This document shows, piece after piece, positions 1-12,542 of a stretch of DNA of 64,000 bases. The position numbers and the translations under genes are program-made. The stretch is from Naegleria gruberi (Eukaryota): the NCBI GenBank assembly GCA_000004985.1, contig GG738851.1, one strand, 5' to 3'. The notes beneath the pieces are model-generated. The model ran no database searches. It worked only from the letters and a program-made list of their open reading frames with translations, and was not told where the DNA came from. How positions within the stretch are numbered: the first letter of the stretch is position 1; each line of letters starts with the position of its first letter.

Positions 1-1123
1 ATAATTTACTATTCGTCATGAATTGATCGAATTTAAATCCATTCCACTCGCCTATTTTAACATCTGTTGCACAAACTTCCACATTGGTTCCATCAACAAC
101 AGCCTGATTAAATCGAATACTCTTACCACTACTTAGAGTGGTAGAATTTGAAGTTGGAGCTCCACTTGCAAAAAATTCATCACCCAAATCCAAACCACAG
201 TTTTGTGCTGTAATTTCCAAAAAGATGAATCCATGAGGAACACCCTCCAATTTCAAATAGAATTTCTGTGTTTGATTTTTTAACAATTGAGAGAGTGGCA
301 CCGAGACACTTCCCATAAAATCATTCGATTGAAACAAGTCAAAATCCCAAACATTTACAATCAGCTCATCCTTAATGGCTCCCACAAATAGCTCATCACT
401 TCCGTTCTGTTCAACATTCCTCACACTGAAAAAGAAACTCTCATCCCACATTGGATTGAGTGTTTTTTTGAGACATTTCGATTTCTTTGTTTCCTCCAAA
501 TATCCCTTGAGGGCTGCTTGATGATCATGATCTTCCTGTTCCAAATATCGGTGGTGAAATACACAAAATGGATCGGATCTGCCATTCCTATCACAGGGAA
601 TTAAATCTTCACAAGATTTTAACGTAACAATTATATATGGATGAACATTTGCATTATTGGACAATAATGTTGATAGTGAAGAAGATTTTCCTTCCAAATT
701 TTGATTACTATAAACATCTCTACTCGATAAACGGCCAGATGGTGGTGCCTTTTTAAATCTGCCACCTGTCAAATAACTTGTACTTCCAGTGATGGTCTTT
801 CTATTATTTATAAGAATGACAGCATTTCTTCTGGGAGAAATTGGCGAGTTACTGCCAGAATTTGCTGACCCAACAGAAGAATTGTTATTTGCTGACGAAG
901 GGGATGGAGAATTATTGGATGATGGTGATAAATTATTGGCAGCTGGTGAATAATTCGAAAGTCTTCTCTTTTCGAAATGGTGATGAGTATTAGAAAGAGA
1001 TGGAGGTGAATGATTTGAATCCAGATAGGAATCTGTAGGTGGTGGAGAACCAAATACTGGTCCAGCTGAACCTGATCGGGATCGACTTTTGGGAGCAAAA
1101 ATTGATTTGACCTGTTGAAACAT
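1..1123 (-). CDS. C2 domain-containing protein. Start ATG at 1123..1121 on the minus strand; the C-terminal part of the gene runs off the window start.
   Basis: Uninterrupted minus-strand frame from ATG (plus 'cat' 1121-1123) to position 1; it is absent from the ORF track only because no stop lies inside the window. N-terminus is Ser/Pro/Asn-rich (MFQQVKSIFAPKSRSRSGSAGP...). Then comes a C2 calcium/lipid-binding signature: ...YIIVTLKSCEDLIPCDRNGRSDPFCVF...NVWDFDLFQSNDFMGSVSVPLSQL.... Confidence 0.7.
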   Translation of the reverse strand, partial: MFQQVKSIFAPKSRSRSGSAGPVFGSPPPTDSYLDSNHSPPSLSNTHHHFEKRRLSNYSPAANNLSPSSNNSPSPSSANNNSSVGSANSGSNSPISPRRNAVILINNRKTITGSTSYLTGGRFKKAPPSGRLSSRDVYSNQNLEGKSSSLSTLLSNNANVHPYIIVTLKSCEDLIPCDRNGRSDPFCVFHHRYLEQEDHDHQAALKGYLEETKKSKCLKKTLNPMWDESFFFSVRNVEQNGSDELFVGAIKDELIVNVWDFDLFQSNDFMGSVSVPLSQLLKNQTQKFYLKLEGVPHGFIFLEITAQNCGLDLGDEFFASGAPTSNSTTLSSGKSIRFNQAVVDGTNVEVCATDVKIGEWNGFKFDQFMTNSKL

Positions 1124-2514
1124 TTTTTTTTAATGGTTGAGTGTTATTAATATGTTTTCCTATTTGTTGAGTTCCTTATTATTGTTGGATAGTCAATGCT
1201 AAAATAGTGCAGAGATTTGGGAGCACTTGTCAGAAGTGACTCACCACCAAAGAAAACAATTGTTGCCTTACCTTTGTTATTGAGCAAACGTTTTAATCAA
1301 AAAATATCATTAAATTAAATGCACAGATGTAAAATAATATTTGGAGCTGGAAAAAAAAAGGTTCATTATTTTGCAACCACAAGAAGTGTTGGCGAGAGAA
1401 GCGAAGAAGCAAACGTGGTTGAGCGTTAGGCAGTATGGAAGACAATGTTCTTGCATTATCTATTAACACTTGTTTTTCATGATGACGAAAATAGCTCTCA
1501 ACCTTCAATCATCTGATCTTAAATGAGGACCGAGATCTATCCCATGCTAAAACTGATCACTCAAGTGTAATGGCAACAAACTTTTGCTCTTTAACATTTC
1601 CGTAATGTTTGATAACCCAAGTTGTGAAGAATAAATATTGTTAAATTGTGTAATTAAATTCAATACATTTTTATGTACGTTTATTTACACAGAAATCTCG
1701 GACAGCAATTCAATGCTGTTACTGCGTGAGCAGCTTGTGTTGCATTATTCCAAAGTTCTTATTCACATTAAAAAGATGGTTTCAAAAAGTTTTCTAATTT
1801 CTCTATTAATCCATAATACCACAAGAAGTGACCATCTTGCCTGGGAGCATTACCAATCCAATTCTTCGTTCATCATATTCACCTTCATCGGTTTCTGGTC
1901 TTTTCCTATATTCTGTTGTCTGAATTATTAATTGTTAATTTTCTTTCCGAATAACAAACCACTACTTACATCTCTCAATATTAAATTCGAAGAAAAGTCA
2001 ACACAAATAAATCTTCCAACAAAATATCTTCCATCATTGAGTCCAACCTTGAGAATACAATTTGACCATCCGGCAATTGTTGCCTTGTTAGTGGTCATGT
2101 TGGTGCTGTTATTCTTGGTGAGTGAGAGCATGATGACGCTTTTGTATTTTTTAAAAAATCATCAACACGATGGCTAGGTTAATTATCTCTTAATTAGAGA
2201 CAAATGACCAACTTTAAGGTGTTATACTGGTCCATCGATGAATCATTGTTATGTCAATTTTACAATAAGGTTTTATTTTGAACAATTTCTTAATGTTGAA
2301 AATTGAAGTACAGAGAGTACATTAACATGCATTGTATGGTCATTTGAAAGATGCTGTCTCAGATTCGTTTTTAATAGATCGTTCTCATCCGGTCGAGTTT
2401 TAAATAATCGTTGAAATAAAACATTCGTTGCTGATTCTTAGTGTCATTAAGGATAAAGTAATACGTCAACTTCCGGCCTTAACGGTAATAAACTTAATAA
2501 AACAAAAAAAACGA

Positions 2515-4686
2515 ATGAAATTGTTGAGTGGGATCCTATCAAAAAATAACTCTTCTCACAATAGCAGATCAAATAATACATCGGTTACAGGTAGCCTTAA
2601 CTCAAATACACAATCAAGCTCATCGAGTGGAAGTAATTATAGTTGCATTTCGGGATCTATTTCCTCCAATACATCATCGAGTTGCAGTGTGCTCTCTTCA
2701 GTTGCCTCACTTTCATCATCAAGCATTTCAAAGACTAGGAAGGAACAACAATTATCATCATCGGCTGAATATTGCAATACGAGTATTTTAATCCAATCAC
2801 CTCCACTCTCTGCCAGAAAGACAAGCAATAAGTCCCAACCACAAAGCAACAACATTACAGCTACCACTCTTTCACCAACTCCTTCACAATCTTGCTCTTT
2901 CAGCTCTCCTAAAAAACAATCCAACAATTCTAGCAACAAGGAACCAAAGGATAATCATCCACCTACTGTGAACCAATCAACCTCCATAAATACGCCAGAG
3001 AGAAGTGACCCTCATCACCAACGTCAAGCAAGTGAGGATTTTCTGAATAGTCTTTCGTTTGCCCTACCTCAAATAGAATACGAAGAAGTCATGAAACAAG
3101 TTCAACAAAGGACAGTCATGATGTCAAACCAAAATGATAACATTACTGCAGAGAATATAGATGTAATGTCATCGGATGGTTACGACTTTGAATATTATAA
3201 TAAGGAAGAAGAAGAGAAGAAATTGAAAAAGAAACAATTGGCTGCCTCATCTTCAAAAAAGAAAGCCGAATCTAAACCACAACCATCAAGCACACCATCA
3301 ACTCCTGCATCAAACTCATTCAAATCACCAATTAAGAGTTCAACTCAACCAACAATTTCTCAGACTCCAACAAAGTCAAGTTCTTCTTCTGTAAAATCGA
3401 AACCAATTACACCTGCTGTAAATCAATCAACAGAGGCTCTTACAACTCTTTCTACGAGTAAGAGTAGACTTTCCCTTAAACCATCCACCATCAGAAACAA
3501 GATTAAACAGAAAGATTCCCCAAAACAGCAAAAAACCAGCCAAAGTAAATCTAAACCAATCATTTCTGAACCCCCAAAAGTGAATCCCAATAGGAAAGAA
3601 AGGAAAAACTCTGAGAAGAGTACAACTTCCTCAAAAAGTGGAAATAGTTCAATTGTAAATAATGCACCAAAAGTAAAGGATGAAGATGTCATTGCTGTAA
3701 TTGTGGATGATGATGACGAGGATATGAATGATTTGGAGCATGATTTGAGCAGTGCTCATGAACTCCATTCAACTGAAATGGTGGATGAAGATGAAGAGGA
3801 AGATGATGTAGACGAAGAGTCTTGCAATACCATGACCTCTCCTCGTACTCCTTGCTCTAAGAAGAGGAAGGCATTTGAAGAATTTGAAGATTCCCTAGCC
3901 TCTTCAAAAAAGAAGAAGGAAGACTCAATCATCTTGGATAGTGTCATTAAAAAAGTAATGGATATTTCAATACCAGATACACCAGCAATGGAAGAAGACA
4001 GTCCATCATGTGATAGCTCACTTTCCATTTCTCCTTCACTATCTTATAATTCTCAGTCAACTTGTGGAGAGCACTCAGAGTATTGCATTTCTCCACTTGA
4101 CTCAATAGCATTTGATGCCAAATTGTACAGCTCTCAATCCAATGTAGATATCAAAGAAGTCAATCAAAAAATAACCACTTTAACAAAAGTCATTGAGCAA
4201 AGAAATGCACAAATTTTACAACGAGATGAATATATTGCCAATCTCTCCAAGGAGAATAAGGAAATGAAAAAGTTCAAATCAATGATTCATAAACTAGATG
4301 ATGTTGGATTTGTGTTCTACATGAAGGCATCTGAATTGGTTTGTGAGGGATTGATGGCACGAGATCTCGACACAAAGGAATCACAAGAAATTATTCATGA
4401 TTCTCTCCAAAAGGGAATAAGGTACATGAGAGCCTCGGCCGAATTTGGAAATGTCGATGCCATGTTCGAATATGCAGAACTAATTCTAAGATATTCAAAA
4501 TCAAAGAAACATGAAGCAAAAGAATTCTTGCAAAAAGCAAGTGAAAAAGGACACAAGAAAGCAGGAGTGTTTTTGAAGAGTTTGGAAATGAAAGAAGAAA
4601 CCCAAAGATATGAAAAAAGTGTTGAACATGATCATTTGCTTCTCTATGGGCAAGAAACAACAAAAACCAAGTCAAAGAGAAAATAA
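2515..4686 (+). CDS. Ser-rich low-complexity protein with an acidic and coiled-coil middle region and two C-terminal Sel1-like (TPR-related) repeats
   Basis: ORF track 2428..4686 (TTG); first ATG at 2515. Long Ser/Thr/Asn tracts and an acidic block (VDDDDEDMND...DEDEEEDDVDEE). C-terminus ...GLMARDLDTKESQEIIHDSLQKGIRYMRASAEFGNVDAMFEYAELIL...EAKEFLQKASEKGHKKAGVFL resembles Sel1 repeats. Confidence 0.6.
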   Translation: MKLLSGILSKNNSSHNSRSNNTSVTGSLNSNTQSSSSSGSNYSCISGSISSNTSSSCSVLSSVASLSSSSISKTRKEQQLSSSAEYCNTSILIQSPPLSARKTSNKSQPQSNNITATTLSPTPSQSCSFSSPKKQSNNSSNKEPKDNHPPTVNQSTSINTPERSDPHHQRQASEDFLNSLSFALPQIEYEEVMKQVQQRTVMMSNQNDNITAENIDVMSSDGYDFEYYNKEEEEKKLKKKQLAASSSKKKAESKPQPSSTPSTPASNSFKSPIKSSTQPTISQTPTKSSSSSVKSKPITPAVNQSTEALTTLSTSKSRLSLKPSTIRNKIKQKDSPKQQKTSQSKSKPIISEPPKVNPNRKERKNSEKSTTSSKSGNSSIVNNAPKVKDEDVIAVIVDDDDEDMNDLEHDLSSAHELHSTEMVDEDEEEDDVDEESCNTMTSPRTPCSKKRKAFEEFEDSLASSKKKKEDSIILDSVIKKVMDISIPDTPAMEEDSPSCDSSLSISPSLSYNSQSTCGEHSEYCISPLDSIAFDAKLYSSQSNVDIKEVNQKITTLTKVIEQRNAQILQRDEYIANLSKENKEMKKFKSMIHKLDDVGFVFYMKASELVCEGLMARDLDTKESQEIIHDSLQKGIRYMRASAEFGNVDAMFEYAELILRYSKSKKHEAKEFLQKASEKGHKKAGVFLKSLEMKEETQRYEKSVEHDHLLLYGQETTKTKSKRK

Positions 4687-5365
4687 AACTGACTGTTCGA
4701 AATAATTATCAATCTTTGCAAGTAGCACAAATCAATTTCATAGTTGACAACAGGTGATGGTTGTATGAGAAGAAATGAGAACTTGATCCTTTAAGTAACT
4801 CAGGCCTTATCCTTTTATGTAGGAGACAAGTATGCCATCTAGAGCTCTCAATTTCAACCTTTCAAAATGTATTGGATAGCTTTGTGACAATGAAAAAAAT
4901 CAGTTTCATCATTCAGAAATTGTGATAAATGTAAATAAAATGTTTGAATTAAAGTGTTGTTGTGAGGAATATTTTTTGAAAATTGAAGATAACAAGCGTT
5001 AGATGCAAGTTTTGGCCATATTCAATCATTTGGGCGCCAAAATAATTCTCGTGAGGGTTCTTGCAGGTTGTCGTCAGCAGAATTTATTTTTGTCACCATC
5101 AAAAAAAAATTTATCGCTCTCACTTTTGTTGTCTGCGCGTTTGGAAAGTTGTTTTTTCTCAGCAGACTTCTTGGTATTCTTTGTAGTAATTTTTATCTAA
5201 CCAAGCATTCTATACAAGAGTATATTATTGTGGTTATTATTACTGGTAGTTCAGAAGTATTTTGTTCATCTTTAAATTGAAGCAAAATATTGAAAAAAAA
5301 CTTCCGGAAACTTTCGACAACAATAACTGGATAAATTATTGAATAGTAGTAGTATTACTAGTATC

Positions 5366-8300
5366 ATGATGTCAAATAACAAGCAAGGAGGAGTTTTAAA
5401 TATCATCTTTTCAATTATTGTATTGTTTGTATTGTGTGGAGTTTTGGCAATTTCTGCTTGCTATGCTATTACACCAGCTGTAGCAGAGCAAATAGTGAAA
5501 AACCAACAACAACAACAACTAAACAACAATAATGAAGATAAGTCTCCCCAAGAATTTACATATATAAAGAACCTGATACATTCGCAAGGTATGTAAAGCA
5601 TTACGAAGAATTCATCTAACCGTACCATTAAAATGTATACACACAATATAATGTTAACAAATCACGTTCTCTAACAAACAACATTTATTTGGAAATTTAA
5701 AGTAGCCGATAGAAATGAATTTTCTAATATTTTAATTGTAAGTATGAGAAATACTAAAGAGTAAATTTTGTTCTAACACACTTGCTTTTTAATAGAATGA
5801 TCAGGACTTTATTGGAAATCAAAGAAGGACGTACCTTCAACAATTTAGAGACAAACTTGTAAATACGCACAAAGGAAAGCTCCATTTTGATATAAAACTT
5901 GATGATGAGGAAGAAGATGACGAAGAGGAAGAAGAAAGTGGAGCTAGTCAGTCTTCCAATCGTCTAAACTATCAACTCTATAATGTTGATGAGGCAGATA
6001 TAATTGACCTCGAACAACAAAAACATGCCCATACTGATGAAGATAATGGAGATGATACAACACAGCTTGATTCCGTATCACTGGTAAGGAGAAATAATAT
6101 TGATGGAACTTCTGGAAGTTCCAGTGGTGATGGCTCAAGCACAACATCAAACCAATCATCAAAGGGCAATGCTGGGATGCCAACTTCAAATACTAATAAC
6201 GCTGAGATTACAAATACAAGAGTCAAGTTACTATTTGATCCACCATCATTAGACTTTGAAGAAAGGTATGTGTTATTATTGAAAAATTTATTTCAACTTT
6301 ATTTATAGACCACTTTGCAATCCTATTGCAAAAACATTTACAATCACTAAAGAGGATGGAGAAGAAGAAGAAGCTCTTCAAATAACATCAGTATCTACAG
6401 AGTCTCTTTTATTCCATCCATCTATTAGTAAGAAAGAAAATAACAAGATAACAATTAATGTTATTTTTCTCCCTAGAATTTTGAAAAGATCTGAAGGAAT
6501 TATTACTATTAATACGAACTTTGGAGTTTTTTCTTTTAAGGCATTTGGTGGAGGTATTGAAAATGCCTATAACATCAAACCAATTCTTGGACACAAATTA
6601 CCTGTTGGTGCTGATTATAGAAAACCTATTTTTATGCATAATCCACATCAAAATGAATCATTATTAATCAAGGAAATTTACACTAGTGAAGACTTTTTAT
6701 TATTGAGTTTACCAGATCAAAATTCAAATGACAAAACTTATAATAAGAAGAATCCACTTTTATCATTATGGAAAATTGAACCTCACCAAACAAAGTCTAT
6801 TATTTTATTGAATTTCCATGCTAATCAACCTAAAAAACATACAGGATTTGTTCATGTTAATACTAATCGTGGACAATTTATTATTCCTGTTGAATTTATT
6901 GTTTCAAAGAGTGGAGTACATCGTATTGTTGATGAAATTGATTTTGGAACTTTCATCTCTGCCAATGAGAAGAGAACTCGTGACATTGTACTCCTTAACT
7001 CATCTCCAAATCCAGTTTTAGTATCTGAAGCATCTATTGCACAAACTGATGCTCAATTAAAGTTAGAATTTACAAAGAATACCCTTCTTCAAGAAGGATC
7101 AATTTCAAGTGTTGCAAAGGTTACTTATACATCTCAGATACAAGGAGAATTTACTGGAAAAATTATTTTCAAGACCAATGATACTACATCAAAGGAAAAT
7201 GCTGGTATTATTGAAGTTCCATACCGTTCTCGTATTATTCATGGAACTTTAGATTATAGAATGAATAGTACAGCTTTTTATTGTGGTGATGGTAAAGAAA
7301 AGGTTAATGAAATGGTATTAATGAATGGATTTGATGTTCCAATCAAGTTCACTTCTGCTGATGTGTTTGATAAGAGATTTACTATTGAAGATTTTACTAC
7401 TGGTTCTATTTTAGAAAAGAATAGCAAGAAGAGAGTACTTTCTATTCGGTTTAATCCAAGTGACAGTTTTTTGATTCACAAGACTAATCTTATCCTCCAT
7501 ACAAATATTACCAGATTGTACATTCCACTTTATAGCTATCATGGCAATTTAGATCATATTCCAATTAATGCTGAGAAGAATATTCTCAACATTGAAGCTG
7601 CCAATGATGGTATTAATATGGGTATTCTTGGTTTGAGCAGTAGAAAGATTCACTACTTTACTGTTTCCAATATGAATCCTGTACCAATCAAAATATTTGA
7701 CTGGAAGGTAACTGGTATGACAAACAAAAAATCAAGCATTTCCATTTCATATGTCAAGATTTACCAACCTGAGGATGATTTGGGCTCTTTAACTCTTATC
7801 AAACCAACAAAATTAAGTGAAAGTATTAATAGCAAGCATGCTGATGGAAACAAGGATTCTTTCATTTTTGCCATTCTTCCAAACCAAAAGATAATTATGA
7901 GATTGGATATTTACACTCCAACTTCAGATGAAGAACAAAATGGTTTTATTGAGTTTGTGACTCAATACAAATCCTTGACCATTCCTCTCAAGTTTATTTG
8001 TATGGAAGGTAGTTTATCCATTACTAATCAATTACCTTTTGATGTTACTTTCCCTGGTAAAATTCAAAAGAAAAATATCTATGCAACTAATACTTTTGGA
8101 AGAACTATTACCATCTCTGAAATCAAGTCATCTGATGAAAGATTCATTCCAGTCATTACTCATAAAACAATTGAGGCAAACCAAAAGATGAACATTGGTT
8201 ATGTAACCTTGGATGCTTCCAAAGTTCCAAAAGAGAAGAATTACATGATGGATGATGGAAAATCTGCAACTAGTACCTCTAGTTACAATAAGAAGTCCTC

Positions 8301-11109
8301 TACCATTTCATCTGAAGAGTTTACCAAGTATAGATGGAGAAATTCTCTATTTGAAGATATTAAGAACGCTGGGGATACTAACATTCTTGGAACAGTTTCA
8401 TTACAAACAGATATTGGAATTAATTATAATATTAATATTTCTACTTCATTGGAATATCCAAAACTTTCCCCAGTACGCCAAATCAACTTTAAACTTACTC
8501 ATATTGGTACAAGTGCGTCACAATACTTGACTGTTGAGAATCCATCTGATCATTTCATTTCTCTTCAATTAATTTTAGGAAATGGATCTCTTGCCAAGTT
8601 TCTTCAAAGAAATGCAAAAGGAAATGTACCAAAAATTGATGGTCAAGGTGACAAATCATATACAGAATTTAGACTTCCAAAAGATGGTATGAATTCTGCC
8701 AATATTCCACCTCATAGACATGCCAATTTAGGTCCAATTATTTTTACTCCAAAATCTGATGCTGCTCCTTCAGTCGCTTATTTATACATTAGAAATAACT
8801 TGACCATTTTTGATATTGTCAAACTTACAGGCAATGGTGGTTCTTCTAAACTCATTTTCAGTGAAAATGGAAACGATCTTGCCTCTCTCAAATTTGAAAT
8901 TAAGGAGTCACAATTGGGAACATGGGACAATTATACAAATAGATTTGTTCAAAATAATTATAGTAGCAATAATGGAAGTGAGGATACCCAAAAGACTGAA
9001 CTAATTTTCCACAAAAAGTTCATATTGCAAAACAAGGGTAATATGCCGGTCACTATTTTAGGTAGTAGTATTGACAATATGGGTTGTAATGCTTATGGTG
9101 TCAAATTACACAAATGTGGCAAATTTGAGTTACAACCTGGACAAACAACTGGTTACAAGATTTCATACAAACCAGATTTTACTACTGCTGTGGTTGATCT
9201 TTTCATAAGAATTGACACAGATCAAGGAAAGTTGTCCTATCCAATTAGATTGACACTTCCTTATAATGTATTGCCATACTTTTATGAAACTCAACCTATC
9301 AGTACTGGCCATAGATTGTTCAGAGTTGCTGCTACATTTATTGTTCTTACATTGGCTCTTTATATTATTTTCAGAGCATGTCGTGAACTCAAGACACTCG
9401 ATTCTGCAGATAATGAATTACCAACTTCAATTACTGATTTCCTCAAACCAAACTTTAGCATTAGCTCATTCCCATTTATTACCTTCCCTTCAATGGATGC
9501 AGAGAAGCATAATCAAAATAAGAATGATGAAGAAAAAGTTTTAAATGCTGAAGAGGAAAACAAGAAGAAGAAGGCCTCCGAAAAGGCTGAAAAGAAGAAG
9601 AAGCCAAAGACTAATCAATCTCCAAGTATTCCAAAATCTGACAAGTCAAAGACCAAGCCAAAACAAACAAAGGCTGCATCCAATCTACAGAATAATACAA
9701 ATGAAGAGGAAGAAAATGCTGACAAGACCATTGTTGAGATTGAATCTACAGGTGACAAGACAAGTGTTGCAGAATCAATAGTGGTAGATCATCCTTCTAC
9801 TCCAAAACAAGGCAGTGCCATTTCAGCACCAACCAGTGTTTTAAAAGAGGAGAAGGAAGAAAAACCTGCTCATAACAATACTATCGTCAGCACAAATAAT
9901 GTTACATTTGAAAATGATGCCAATTCTTCCAATTCACTACTAGAAAAGAATGAAAAGAAGTCAATTTACAAAAAGATTGGCTCAGAGAAAAAGCCACATT
10001 TTGAAAAGAAGACTAATTCCTCATCTAATAAGAAAAAGTTCAATGAAACAGAGGCTAATATCGTTATTAAACCAAAGGCATTTTCAGCAATTCCTACCAA
10101 TATAACCAATAGTAATGAAAAGCCAAAGTTTTATGCTGTCAAGGCTGGTAATGGTGGTGCTGTTGCTGATGCAAACAATACGACTGCCAATGTAACTAAT
10201 AATGGTATTATTGATTTATCTGTCCTCAGCCCTAGCTCTAGAAGTAGAACTCCAAACTCGAACGAAATGGCTAGATTTGGCGGAAGAGAAAATCATCAAA
10301 CACTTTCTACCACTGAACTCTTGAACAATGTTATTGAAACTCCATCCATGAACGATAATGTCAAGACTCGTGAACGTTCCTCATCCGATTCAGCAACCTA
10401 TAAGAATTTATTGGATAATACTACTCCAAATAGTTCTCAATTGTTATTGGACGAAAAGAGTTCCTGTTCAACAGATTTGGGAAGTACTGGAAACTTGAGT
10501 GGACTTTTAAGTGATAGTATGGCACCATCCCCTTCATCAAATTCTCTTATTGAAAATGATGTTTTATCCTTGTTGAGAAGTGCCTCAGTTTCTCCTCCTC
10601 CAATCGGTCAAACAGCAACATCTTCTTCACCAGTTAACAATACAAATCAACATAAGGAACAAGTAGGTGTTATTGGAGGTAATAATAATACTAGAAGAGA
10701 TTTTGGTTTTGGACAAGCAAGTCAACCTTATTGGTACTTTGGGGCAACTCCAGCAGCTAGTAGTAATTCATTCTTTGGACAAGGAAATAACTTTTCTTCT
10801 AATAGTTTGCCTTTTGCTCCAAATCCACAATTCAATGCATTTAATGCTCCACCTGTTGTCAATAGATTGGCTGCTACGTTCCAACATCGTCCAACTAATT
10901 ACTTTTCATTGTTTGATTCTAGACCTAACAGTCTATTCTCTACTGACACTAACAGTTCATTCTTTAGCAATTTGAACCAAAGATCTAACAATAGTAGTCC
11001 ATCAAACAGTGATAGTACAACTGGTACACCAGATGTTACCTCTTCACTATTTTCATATGTGTTACCTGCCGAAGACGCAGGAGATGAACAACAACAACAT
11101 CTCAAATAA
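5366..11109 (+). CDS. TMEM131-like large single-pass membrane protein (PapD-like luminal N-terminus, one TM helix, Ser/Asn-rich cytoplasmic tail). At least 3 exons: 5366..5588 (?), 5796..6265, 6309..11109.
   Basis: ORF track 6481..11109 is only the last exon. In-frame coding continues upstream: intron 6266..6308 (GTATGT...TATAG) joins ...KLLFDPPSLDFEE|R|PLCNPIAKTFTITKED.... The 5796..6265 exon is open and acidic (DDEEEDDEEEEE). ORF 5339..5596 (first ATG 5366) encodes a signal-anchor-like helix (GVLNIIFSIIVLFVLCGVLAISA) and ends exactly at a GTATGT donor (5589), but its phase (1) does not match the acceptor at 5795/5796. The single TM (FRVAATFIVLTLALYIIFRACREL) sits about 940 aa into the last exon. 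Confidence 0.55.
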
Positions 11110-12542
11110 AATTCATTCTTCTATTCATTCTTCAACAACTATTGGTTATATCACTGGTCAATTAAACATACTGTACATCAGGGAGATTAAAACCAAGAAA
11201 AAAGATAATCCCATTAGTACTCGATTCGTTTGTAGCGGTGCGGAATTTCGGCTTTTGTTTCGAAAATAATAGAATCCATTCTAAGTATGTTCCAAGATAT
11301 GGTATCTTGTAAAAGACAACCGATAACAAAGTTTGTTTGGAAGTAAAATACTTCTCCCTCCACTAGTATTACTTCAAGAGAGCTAAATGATTTTTTCAAG
11401 GTCACAAAGTTTGTTGCATTGAGATGTCTCTTAGAGACTATTTGAGTTACCTCTTAAGCTTTACTAATGAGTCGCTTTATTTGGTTTGATTCTGAAATGT
11501 TGTAAACAGAGAGATTAAGAAATTATTCAGTAATTCTCTTTCCATAATTAGAACTCATAGCAACCACTAAAATCTTTTGTGTTCAGTAGAGAGACTTTCA
11601 AGAATGTCCAACCTTAATATTGGTGTCCAGTCTGAAAATAATAAGGGAGATTACAACCATAATGAATGTTGCAAGAGATAATTTTAATCTTGTATGTAAA
11701 CGGGTATAAGGCACACAAAAAAGGATTGACCTAGGATGCAAACGATTTTTACAGCTTTTGGTTGGTCATCTAAAGTTGGTTCTAAAAAGCGTCTCTTCTT
11801 AATTGGCACCATTTTGACCATTATTCCCCCATTATCAATTTCCACATCTATGGCAGGCTGTTACAATAAGGACAAGGATGTATGATATGTTCGAACCGCT
11901 TGGTTATGAACTGTTCGTTGTATGAAGTCAAGAAATGCAATATTCTCCCAAACTTACTAGTATTTTACAAATTTTGGTCTTACAGTTGTTTTTCTTACCA
12001 ATCTTTAGACTTCTCCAAATAGAAGCTCAACCCAAGGTCAGACCATGAAAAGAGAGTTATTGAAAACGCTTGGTAACATGAACAAGCGAGTAGAACAATT
12101 AGAAAAGTGGAGGCTTCCAAATTAATTTGTAGTTTGCCCTCCCCTCCGCCACAAAGATTCACTTGCATCGCTGAAATTGGCACCAGTCCAAGCCAAGCTT
12201 GTATGGTCTCGAAAAATTGTCGTTTTAATTCATTTCAAAAAAACAAAAGCAAAGACAATTTGCCCATTAATCCAACTACCTAAAATCCTTTTTTTCCAAA
12301 GCAGAAACAACAAGAAAAAGGGTGCCAACAAACAAAGCGAATTGGTGAGAGAGAATCTGAAATTTTGCACCAGTCATCCACTAGATAAGTAAGTATAATT
12401 ATCATAACAAACGACGAATCCATAACTTGTGCATTTATATTGGCATTCAACTGTGGTCAACTAGTATCTTGTTAATACACAAATTAATCAAAAAATCTGA
12501 ACAATTGATTCGAAAAACATACTCAAAAAACATCACACTATT

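Noticed and set aside
2528-4675. Short ORFs nested in or antisense to the Ser-rich gene (2528..2791, 2637..2939-, 3423..3692-, 3756..4028-, 4391..4675-)
   Set aside because: Low-complexity sequence yields open frames on both strands. They carry no independent signals and lie wholly inside a longer coherent ORF.
5589-5795. Clean exon1-exon2 junction for the TMEM131-like gene using GTATGT(5589)/AATAG(5795)
   Set aside because: The phases do not match (1 versus 0). Alternative acceptors (CAG at 5802-04) also give in-frame stops. Reported as a frame discontinuity instead.
11720-11780. Possible snRNA (Sm-site-like aatttttgg / cttttgg motifs)
   Set aside because: No flanking stem-loops or conserved snRNA boxes could be identified by eye. 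Left as a low-interest note only.
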